DNA from: Anaerohalosphaeraceae bacterium
Lineage (GTDB): Bacteria > Planctomycetota > Phycisphaerae > Sedimentisphaerales > Anaerohalosphaeraceae
Length of the DNA: 64,000 bases
Direction: 5' to 3'
Assembly: GCA_050309605.1 (NCBI GenBank)
Contig: JBNRMN010000021.1
Span: 46,743-110,742, forward strand
Below, one piece after another: positions 56,419 through 64,000 of this stretch (the stretch's first letter is position 1; every line of letters begins with the position of its first letter). The position numbers and the translations under genes were made by a program. Under the pieces are notes generated by a model that had not been told where the DNA came from, searched no databases, and was given only the letters and a program-made list of their open reading frames with translations.

Positions 56419-59400
56419 TTACTGCTCCAATTCGGCCAGGTGTTTGCTGACCGCCTCAAGCTGTTCGGATAATTCTGCCAGTTTCTGGCGTGTCTGCTCG
56501 ACGACTTCCGGCTTGGCGCGGGTCAGGAAGTTTTCATTGCCGAGCTTGGCTTGTAACGGACGAAGGCCGTTTTCGATAAATTCTTTCTGTTTTTGCAGTC
56601 GCTGACGTTCCGCCTGCGGGTCTATCACATCATGAACGTACAGCCGCACCTCCTCGACAATCGCCGCAGCGGCATTGGCGGGCTTTTCCAGATCGGCCGC
56701 AATGTGCACATCCTCCAGGCCGGCAAGCTGTTTGATCAGCGCCGATTGAGCCGTCAGCAACTCACTGACCGACGCCGGCGCCGACAGCGAGGCCGTCAGG
56801 GATTGGGACGGAGCGATGTTGTACTGGCTGCGAATGTCCCGAATCGAACGAATGATGTTTTGGATCAGATCAACCTGCTTTTCGCAGGACTCATTTATCC
56901 ACGGATCCAGCGGTTCGGGCCAGGGGGCAATCATAATCGAATCGGCCGACGATAACTCCCTCAACCCGTTCAGACCGCGCCTGGGGGCGATTGAATTCAG
57001 ATTCTGAAAGATCCCCTCGGTAATGAACGGCACGAACGGATGCAGCAGCCGCAGAATCTGATCCAATACAAACGCCAGCACATTCTGCGCAATCGGTTTT
57101 GCGTCGGTCTGCTGCATTCGCGGCTTGCACCATTCGAGATACCAATCGCAAAAATCATTCCAGAAAAAACGATACAACTCATTGATCGGTTCATTGAATT
57201 TATACGCCTCCAGCGTCTCGGTGACCGTCTTGATCGTCCGTGCCAGTCGCGACAGAATCCATCGGTCGGTTAGGTCCATCCGCTGCGCATCGAACGCATC
57301 CGGATCGACGCCTTCCAGATTCATCATCGCAAACCGCGAGGCGTTCCAGAGCTTGTTACAGAAACTGCGTCCGAGATCGAACTTCGGCGAGGTGTTGACC
57401 GTCCGCCCGTCCGGCAGCTTCAGCGGCGCAACCGGCATTCGCACATCCTGGGTGTCGGTGGTCATACTGGCCAGTATAAACCGCATCGCGTCGGCGCCGT
57501 GGCTGTCAATCGCCACCAGCGGATCGATGCCGTTGCCCAGGCTCTTGCTCATTTTGCGGCCCTGGCCGTCCTGAATCATCGCGTGGATATACACATCGCT
57601 GAATGGAATATCGCCGACACAGTACTGGCCCATCATCACCATCCGCGAGACCCACAGCGTGATAATCTCCCGCGCCGTACACAACACGTCCGTCGGATAA
57701 AACGTCTTCAGCTCATCCGTCGCCTCCGGCCACCCCAACGTACTGAACGGCCACAACGCCGACGAAAACCACGTATCCAGAACATCGTCGTCTTGGCCCC
57801 ATCCAAACTCTTCAAGCAAAGAGATTGCCTCGGTATCTTCTGGATCGCGCACGCAAATAAAGGATTGAACAAGTTGCGATAACCCTAAATTATCAAATTG
57901 TCCGGGCTTAAGTTGTTCACGATAATATACTGCAATTCGAGATTCATCAATTAACCGCCGTGCAACGTTTTGAAATCGTTCAAAACCTGGCACTGTAGAA
58001 ATATTATTATTTATTTTAGATTCATCAGCAATATACCAAACGGGTATCCGGTGGCCCCACCAGAGCTGCCGGCTGATCGGCCAATCGCGCAGGTTCTCCA
58101 GCCAGGTTTGGTAGGTCTTGCTGTAGCGTTCGGGGTGAAATTTGACGCGGCCTTCCAGCAGCGGTACGAGTGCCAATCCCGCCAGTGAATTGACCGGCAC
58201 ATCCGTACCATTGATATAAGTAACTCCATCGCGCGTCTGGGTTTCACATCGTAAATCTGAAATTTGAAATTTGAAATTTGAAATCGGCTTTTTCACCTCG
58301 ATATACCACTGGTCGGACAGATAATGCTCAATCGGCACATGGCTGCGGTAGCTGTGCCCCACCTCGTGCGCATAGTCCCGCACCTGCTCGAGCAGATTCT
58401 CTTCACGAAACCACTGCACAATCGCCTCGCGTGCTTCGAAACGATCCATCCCGATAAGATTTTCAACGTCGGGGTTCTCAATTTTCTCCCACTCAGTCCA
58501 TCCGTATTTGTCGCTGATAGTCCCGTCCGGGGCCATCACATTAATCACCGCTAATAGATGCCGCTGGCCGATTTCCCAGTCGTTCGGGTCGTGGGCGGGC
58601 GTAACCTTCAAAAAGCCCGTCGAAAATTTAGCCTTCTCATCATCGCTGTTCGGATCGGGCAAAACGACGTGATCGTCGGCAATGATCGGTATCAGCCGCC
58701 CGACAATCGGCAGCCGTACCATCTTGCCGACGAGCGATTCGGCCCGCGGGTCGTTGGGGTTCATCGCCACCGCCGTATCGCCCAGCATCGTCTCCGGACG
58801 AGTTGTGGCCACAGTGATGTATTCAAGCGTCTGGCCGTTGACATTAACCGGCTCTTCCAGCGGATACCGAAGATACCAGAAGGCGCCCTGTACGGTATGG
58901 TGTTCGACCTCGTCATCGGCCAGTACCGTCTGTGTGGCCGGGTCCCAGTTGACCAGCCGCTTGCCGCGATAAATCAACCCGTCTTTGAACAGGTTAAAGA
59001 AATTCGTCCTCACTGCCTTAGCGCAGATATCATCCATTGTAAAGCGCGTCCTGTCCCAGTCGCAGGAACAGCCCATTTTTTTGAGCTGCCCCAGAATCCG
59101 CGCCTCATATTCATCCTTCCAGGACTGGACATGTCCAATGAACTCGTCGCGCGTAAAATCCGTTCGCCGCTTGCCCTGCTCGGCCAGCAGGCGTTTTTCC
59201 ACCACCGTCTGGGTGGCAATGCCCGCATGATCCGTCCCCGGCATCCACAGGGTGTTATACCCCTGCATCCGACGCATTCGAATCAGGATATCCTGAAGCG
59301 TATTGTTCAGGGCATGACCCAGATGCAGGGCCGCGGTGACATTCGGCGGCGGAATTACGACAGCATAACTGCCCTTTTTGGCTCCGCTGTTGGCATCGGC

Positions 59401-59484
59401 ATGAAAATATCGACCCTCCTGCCATAGCCTCTCGGCATGTGCTTCGACCTGTTTGGGATCGTAAATCTTTTCTATTTCCCTCAT
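56419..59484 (-). CDS. valS: Valine--tRNA ligase
   Basis: PPPNVTAALHLGHAL (HIGH), DHAGIATQ, ATTRPET, SRQLWWGHRIP, DVLDTWFSS, KMSKS, C-terminal coiled coil. Confidence 0.97.
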   Translation of the reverse strand: MREIEKIYDPKQVEAHAERLWQEGRYFHADANSGAKKGSYAVVIPPPNVTAALHLGHALNNTLQDILIRMRRMQGYNTLWMPGTDHAGIATQTVVEKRLLAEQGKRRTDFTRDEFIGHVQSWKDEYEARILGQLKKMGCSCDWDRTRFTMDDICAKAVRTNFFNLFKDGLIYRGKRLVNWDPATQTVLADDEVEHHTVQGAFWYLRYPLEEPVNVNGQTLEYITVATTRPETMLGDTAVAMNPNDPRAESLVGKMVRLPIVGRLIPIIADDHVVLPDPNSDDEKAKFSTGFLKVTPAHDPNDWEIGQRHLLAVINVMAPDGTISDKYGWTEWEKIENPDVENLIGMDRFEAREAIVQWFREENLLEQVRDYAHEVGHSYRSHVPIEHYLSDQWYIEVKKPISNFKFQISDLRCETQTRDGVTYINGTDVPVNSLAGLALVPLLEGRVKFHPERYSKTYQTWLENLRDWPISRQLWWGHRIPVWYIADESKINNNISTVPGFERFQNVARRLIDESRIAVYYREQLKPGQFDNLGLSQLVQSFICVRDPEDTEAISLLEEFGWGQDDDVLDTWFSSALWPFSTLGWPEATDELKTFYPTDVLCTAREIITLWVSRMVMMGQYCVGDIPFSDVYIHAMIQDGQGRKMSKSLGNGIDPLVAIDSHGADAMRFILASMTTDTQDVRMPVAPLKLPDGRTVNTSPKFDLGRSFCNKLWNASRFAMMNLEGVDPDAFDAQRMDLTDRWILSRLARTIKTVTETLEAYKFNEPINELYRFFWNDFCDWYLEWCKPRMQQTDAKPIAQNVLAFVLDQILRLLHPFVPFITEGIFQNLNSIAPRRGLNGLRELSSADSIMIAPWPEPLDPWINESCEKQVDLIQNIIRSIRDIRSQYNIAPSQSLTASLSAPASVSELLTAQSALIKQLAGLEDVHIAADLEKPANAAAAIVEEVRLYVHDVIDPQAERQRLQKQKEFIENGLRPLQAKLGNENFLTRAKPEVVEQTRQKLAELSEQLEAVSKHLAELEQ
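58251..58285. repeat. Heptamer tandem repeat (TGAAATT)n in-frame within valS
   Basis: gtaaatc tgaaatt tgaaatt tgaaatt tgaaatc; encodes ISNFKFQISDL. Confidence 0.9.
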
Positions 59485-59522
59485 ATTCCATCCTGAAACA
59501 GTAAATCTAAGATCGCGTTAAT

Positions 59523-59555
59523 AAAAAAGCCCCGGCGGCCGACCCGTCGGGACTT
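59523..59555 (-). terminator. Intrinsic-terminator-like hairpin between rho and valS
   Basis: Minus strand aagtcccgacgg-gtcgg-ccgccggggctttttt; imperfect stem plus U-run. Confidence 0.55.
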
Positions 59556-59671
59556 GTATTTTAGGCCTATTTGTCGCACTGTAAAGTCCAATGTTCACGG
59601 TTAATTGAACACGTCTCAATTTGACATCCAAAAAAGACGTCCCCATTGCTCCGCACGCCTCACGCAGCGGA

Positions 59672-61222
59672 TCAATCCAACTTGAGCGTCATCAGAAACT
59701 CGGCGTTGGTGCGGGTCTTGGCCAGTCGGTTCTTGAGCAGCTCGACCGCCTCGACAATGTTCATCTCGCTGAGCACCTTGCGCAGACGATAGACCAGCTC
59801 CAGCTCTTTGGGATCCAGCAGCAGTTCTTCTCGACGGGTACCGCTGCGGCTGATGTCGATGGTCGGGAAGATGCGTCGATCCACCAACCGACGATCCAGA
59901 TGAATTTCCATGTTGCCCGTGGCCTTGAACTCTTCAAAAATCACTTCGTCCATCTTGGAACCGGTATCGACCAGAGCCGTCGCCAGAATCGTCAGTGAGC
60001 CGCCGAATTCAATGTTGCGAGCGGCGCCAAAGAATCGCTTGGGCATCTGCATCGCGTTGGCGTCCACGCCGCCGGTCAGAATCTTGCCCGAATGCGGCAT
60101 TTCGGTATTGTACGCCCGCGCCAAACGGGTAATCGAATCCAGTAAAATAACCACATCTTCGCCAAACTCGACCATACGCTTGGCCTTTTCGATAACCATT
60201 TCGGCCACCTGACAGTGTCGCGAGGTCGGCTCGTCAAAGGTCGAACTGATGACCTCGACATCCTTGGCCACCTTGCGTTCGAAATCTGTCACTTCTTCCG
60301 GGCGTTCATCAATCAGCAGAACAATCATTTTGATTTCGGGATAATTGGCGCTGATGGCGTTGGCAAACTTCTGCAGCAGGACCGTCTTGCCGGTACGCGG
60401 CGGCGCAACGATCAGGCCGCGCTGGCCTTTGCCGATGGGCGTAATCAGATCCACAATGCGCATCCCCACCTCATCGGGCGTCGTTTCAAGAATGATCCGC
60501 TCTTCGGCGTGCAGCGGCGTCAGATCGCGAAAAACCACCTTCTCGGCCAGCTTGTCCGGCTCCTGATAATTGACCGCCTCCACACGGAGCAGGGCAAAAT
60601 ACTTTTCGCTTTCTTTCGGCGGACGAATCTGGCCGGATACGATATTACCGCTGCGAAGCCCGAACCGGCGAATCTGCGACGGCGAGACATACACATCATC
60701 CGGAGAGGCCAGGTAATTGTATTTCGGACTGCGCAAAAAACCGAACCCGTCTGGCAATATCTCCAGCACCCCTTCGCCGAACATCAAGCCGTCCTGGCGG
60801 ACGCGCTCTTTGAGGATACGGAAAATCAGTTCCTGCTTGGTCATCCCCATATAATCGGTGATGTCCTCTTTGCGCGCGATACTGTGCAGTTCGACTACAT
60901 CCAGATTCTGCAAGTCGGTGATATGCAGGTTGCCGCGTTTGATGCGTTCGTATTTGGCGTGAATGGATTCTTCGAGTTTTTCCTTTTCGGTTTTTTCTTC
61001 GTCGGGTTTTTCCGACACGGCAACAGAGGACTTTGCCGTCTCAGCGGAGCCGGACGCAGCAGCGGCTTCGGCTTCTTCAGCGGCGCCGCCGTTGGCTTCA
61101 TTTTCGGCCTGCTGAGTGTCAGCGTCTTGCTTGGGTGTTGTTTCGTCGGTTTTTGTTTTTTTACGATAAGTCCGTTTTTTACGGACTTCAGACGACCCGT
61201 TTTTTGCCGTGGTCTTGGCCAT
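59672..61222 (-). CDS. rho: Transcription termination factor Rho with charged N-terminal extension
   Basis: [67 protein letters not shown]. Confidence 0.97.
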   Translation of the reverse strand: MAKTTAKNGSSEVRKKRTYRKKTKTDETTPKQDADTQQAENEANGGAAEEAEAAAASGSAETAKSSVAVSEKPDEEKTEKEKLEESIHAKYERIKRGNLHITDLQNLDVVELHSIARKEDITDYMGMTKQELIFRILKERVRQDGLMFGEGVLEILPDGFGFLRSPKYNYLASPDDVYVSPSQIRRFGLRSGNIVSGQIRPPKESEKYFALLRVEAVNYQEPDKLAEKVVFRDLTPLHAEERIILETTPDEVGMRIVDLITPIGKGQRGLIVAPPRTGKTVLLQKFANAISANYPEIKMIVLLIDERPEEVTDFERKVAKDVEVISSTFDEPTSRHCQVAEMVIEKAKRMVEFGEDVVILLDSITRLARAYNTEMPHSGKILTGGVDANAMQMPKRFFGAARNIEFGGSLTILATALVDTGSKMDEVIFEEFKATGNMEIHLDRRLVDRRIFPTIDISRSGTRREELLLDPKELELVYRLRKVLSEMNIVEAVELLKNRLAKTRTNAEFLMTLKLD

Positions 61223-61518
61223 AGTAACTCCTGTTTGAAAAATAAGTTATTGTATGATAAAATCGTTTGCTCAATGCACTGCCCTGATCCATAGAAACAA
61301 CAACGTACACCGCTGCCGCGTCTCCGGGAATTTTGCCTCATAAGAGCCGCCGACGAGCTCTGTTACAAGAGGATTGAATTCTTTTTACATATTAACCGTG
61401 CAGGTCTTCCCGCGTGAAAACCAGCCATCCCGCCTGTCGGTCGTTTCCGCTCATTGCGCCGGAATACACCAATCCCTGCGAAAACGAGAATCAGCAGAAT
61501 CGACCTGACCGAATTACC

Positions 61519-62130
61519 TTATCTGCTTCCTGTTATGGTTGAAAAGAGTTGAGCGACTTGCCCAGCTAAATCTGATTCATCAGAATTGTTACGCAGTATA
61601 TAATGAGCAAGTTTCTTCTTTTTGTCCAGAGAAATTTGAAATTTTTCACGTTTTTTCAGCTCATTTTCATCAATTTTTCCGCTTTTTTCGGCTCTTTGCC
61701 ATCGTCGTGTCTGCTCGGCCTCGACAAATACCAGCACATCGCACAAATCCAGCCGGTCCGCCTCGGCCAGCAGCGGCACATCCAGCACAATGGCCGCGAT
61801 CTTCGAATCCCGCTGATAAACGGCAATCCGCCTTTCGACCTCGGCCCACACCCGCGGATGAATCACCGTGTTGAGCCGTTCCAAAGCCGCCGCATCCGAA
61901 AACACGATACCGGCCAGCGATTTTCTGTCCACCCGCCCCTTTGCGTCCACAATGCCGGGACCAAAAAGTCGAACAATTTCCCGTTTAATCTCAGGGTCAT
62001 CCAATATCCGATGTGCGATTTGGTCGGCTTCGATGACAGCACATCCCAGGCTCTCGAAGTACCGCGCGACGGTACTTTTGCCCGCTGCGATTCCGCCCAA
62101 CACCCCGATTACTTTCTTTTTTGCCGCCAT
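61519..62130 (-). CDS. coaE: Dephospho-CoA kinase
   Basis: IGVLGGIAAGKSTVA, ADQIAH, VDRKSLA, LNTVIHPRV, LDVPLLAE. Confidence 0.93.
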   Translation of the reverse strand: MAAKKKVIGVLGGIAAGKSTVARYFESLGCAVIEADQIAHRILDDPEIKREIVRLFGPGIVDAKGRVDRKSLAGIVFSDAAALERLNTVIHPRVWAEVERRIAVYQRDSKIAAIVLDVPLLAEADRLDLCDVLVFVEAEQTRRWQRAEKSGKIDENELKKREKFQISLDKKKKLAHYILRNNSDESDLAGQVAQLFSTITGSR

Positions 62131-62169
62131 TTGCTGGATACCCGCAGTCCCTGCTGTCCGTCAAGACCT

Positions 62170-62198
62170 ATGATACGCCTCCTCTTGAAAACTGTCAA
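62170..62198 (-). promoter_or_regulatory. Putative sigma70 promoter for coaE-rho
   Basis: Minus strand TTGACA-17 nt-TATCAT. Confidence 0.7.
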
Positions 62199-62254
62199 CT
62201 CATCAGCCTGAAAATAAACAAAAAGACCGGTTGTGTCTTTTTCAACAAAAACCC

Positions 62255-62283
62255 TTGAATAACATTATTCTGTTTATTATAGT
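62255..62283 (+). promoter_or_regulatory. Putative sigma70 promoter for ahcY
   Basis: TTGAAT-17 nt-TATAGT. Confidence 0.55.
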
Positions 62284-62336
62284 GCAACATTCATAACGAT
62301 GCAATAATTTCAGAGACAGCCGAGAAAGGAAGACGT

Positions 62337-63788
62337 ATGAAAACAATGCACAACGGCAAAATCAAGACCGTCAAGGCGGTGGACGCGACGCTGCCTTATC
62401 AGGTCGCCGATATGACGTTGGCCGAGTGGGGCCGAAAGGAAATGCAGCTTGCCGAAAAAGAGATGCCCGGCCTCATGGCGGTGCGGGAAAAATACGGCAA
62501 AGAGAAACCCCTCAAAGGCCTGAAAGTGACCGGGTCGCTGCATATGACCATCCAAACCGCCATGCTCATTGAGACGCTCGAAGCACTCGGCGCCGATGTG
62601 CGATGGGCTTCGTGTAACATCTTTTCGACCCAGGATCACGCCGCGGCCGCCATTGCCGCAGCCGGACGCAGTGCGGTGTTTGCCTGGAAAGGCGAAACGC
62701 TGGAGGACTATTGGTGGTGCACGGAACAGGCACTGACCTGGCCGGATGGTTCAGGGCCGGATATGATCGTCGATGACGGGGGCGACGCCACACTGATGAT
62801 TATTCAGGGAATGCGGGTGGAAAAAGACCCGTCGCTGCTCGAAAAAGAGTACGACAACAAAGAATTTCAGGTCATTATGGATCGGTTTTCCGAAAGCTAT
62901 CGCACTCGACCGGGACACTGGACCTCGGTAGCCAAAAATTTGCGCGGCGTCTCGGAGGAGACCACCACCGGCGTAGGACGGCTCTATCAGCTCCACAAAT
63001 CCGGTGAGCTGCCTTTTCCGGCGATCAACGTCAATGACTCTGTTACGAAATCCAAATTTGACAACCTGTACGGCTGCCGCGAATCGTTGGCCGACGGCAT
63101 CAAACGCGCCACGGATGTGATGGTGGCCGGCAAAATCGTAGTCATCTGCGGCTACGGCGATGTGGGCAAAGGCTGCGCCCAATCGATGCGCGGCCTGGGT
63201 GCACGGGTTATGATTACGGAGATCGACCCGATTTGCGCCCTACAGGCGATGATGGAAGGCTACGAAGTTACCACGATGGAAAAAGCCGCTCCCATTGGCG
63301 ATATTTTCATCACGGCCACCGGCTGCTGCGATGTCATTCGCGGCGAACATATGGAGCAGATGAAAAACGAGGCGATTATCTGCAACATCGGCCATTTTGA
63401 CAGCGAAATCGAGATGATCTATCTGGAAGACAGCGGCCACTGCACAAAGGAAACCATCAAGCCCCAAGTCGATAAATGGACGCTGAAAAACGGGCGATCA
63501 ATCATCGTGTTGGCCGAGGGCAGACTCGTGAATCTCGGCTGCGCGACAGGACATCCGAGTTTTGTAATGAGCAACAGCTTCACCAATCAGTGCCTGGCAC
63601 AGATTATGCTGGCTTCGGAAGACCTCAAGCCGGGCGTCTATACCCTGCCGAAAAAACTGGATGAAGAAGTCGCCCGCCTGCATATGGAGGCGCTGGGCGG
63701 CGCCATTACCAAACTCACCCCGAAACAGGCCGCCTATCTCGGCATTGATGTTGAGGGGCCCTTCAAGCCCGAACATTATCGCTATTGA
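62337..63788 (+). CDS. ahcY: Adenosylhomocysteinase
   Basis: [57 protein letters not shown]. Confidence 0.97.
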   Translation: MKTMHNGKIKTVKAVDATLPYQVADMTLAEWGRKEMQLAEKEMPGLMAVREKYGKEKPLKGLKVTGSLHMTIQTAMLIETLEALGADVRWASCNIFSTQDHAAAAIAAAGRSAVFAWKGETLEDYWWCTEQALTWPDGSGPDMIVDDGGDATLMIIQGMRVEKDPSLLEKEYDNKEFQVIMDRFSESYRTRPGHWTSVAKNLRGVSEETTTGVGRLYQLHKSGELPFPAINVNDSVTKSKFDNLYGCRESLADGIKRATDVMVAGKIVVICGYGDVGKGCAQSMRGLGARVMITEIDPICALQAMMEGYEVTTMEKAAPIGDIFITATGCCDVIRGEHMEQMKNEAIICNIGHFDSEIEMIYLEDSGHCTKETIKPQVDKWTLKNGRSIIVLAEGRLVNLGCATGHPSFVMSNSFTNQCLAQIMLASEDLKPGVYTLPKKLDEEVARLHMEALGGAITKLTPKQAAYLGIDVEGPFKPEHYRY

Positions 63789-63794
63789 GACACC

Positions 63795-63829
63795 GGACGG
63801 GCGCGGTCGAATGCCGCGCCCGCCCTTTT
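63795..63829 (+). terminator. Intrinsic terminator after ahcY
   Basis: ggacgggcgcgg-tcgaatg-ccgcgcccgccc-tttt. Confidence 0.7.
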
Positions 63830-64000
63830 CATTCATCGCATATTTCGCATCTACGGAGCGGACAGCCACTGTCCGGCCAAAACGGCAAAGTCTTCCAGAT
63901 CGACACGGCCGTCGCGGTTCAGATCGGCTCCATCGCAATGGGCGTATAAGCCGCAATCAAAACTAAGCCACCATTGAGCAAACAAACCGAGGTTTTCAAG

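Noticed and set aside
57796..58035. Intein or intron in valS
   Set aside because: The frame stays open, there are no intein terminal residues or homing-endonuclease motifs, and the segment is short.
61395..61480. Cobalamin riboswitch-like words (AGGGA..GGTG..TTCC, GGGAAGACCTGC) on the minus strand
   Set aside because: The CCC partner strand and GCCACTG core are missing, and the downstream gene is rho; an Rfam scan would settle it.
61631..61646. GAAATTTGAAATTT inside coaE as another heptad array
   Set aside because: Only two units and explainable by ordinary codons (EKFQIS).
62131..62336. SAH or SAM riboswitch upstream of ahcY
   Set aside because: The spacer is filled by two divergent promoter-like sites, leaving a short AT-rich leader with no recognisable aptamer.

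Overview
A 64-kb bacterial chromosomal window with no rRNA, tRNA, CRISPR array, transposase or integrase that I could see. The gene content suggests an anaerobic planctomycete, probably Phycisphaerae/Sedimentisphaerales-like (inference). The clues are WPxFRGP-type beta-propellers, a GFTLIELLVVI prepilin with an H-X-DG tail, secreted proteins with dockerin-like C-termini, a DksA with an HMAD motif and coaE-rho linkage. Left to right: (1) type IV pilus motor genes (pilC, two pilB paralogs, pilT), cinA, lipA and a PilX-like gene. (2) A co-directional, partly translationally coupled ~19-kb cluster (10722-29502) encoding a CxxC-bearing GT4 glycosyltransferase, a LolD/FtsX-type ABC transporter, a Tat arylsulfatase, three PQQ-like beta-propellers, an NHL propeller with a GCCNP motif, a small Tat/Cys protein, a NapG/NapH-like ferredoxin pair, a fused HydC-HydB (NuoE-NuoF) flavoprotein with bifurcation-type motifs, and a HydA/NuoG-like subunit with no recognisable catalytic domain. 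This is the best candidate for an undescribed system: a cytoplasm-to-periplasm electron conduit feeding beta-propeller proteins. (3) Accessory and oxidative-stress genes (KamA-family radical SAM, sugar dehydrogenase, Desulfovibrio-type bacterioferritin, catalase, GT3-like glycogen synthase, a low-GC methyltransferase). (4) Housekeeping genes (nnrD, tsaD, yacG, dksA, btuFCD-like, mutL, gpmI, lspA, valS, rho, coaE, ahcY). A second signal is a set of dispersed short heptamer tandem repeats at gene junctions and in-frame inside valS; valS also carries an 80-codon low-GC patch. All product calls are from motif recognition by eye, with no database search.
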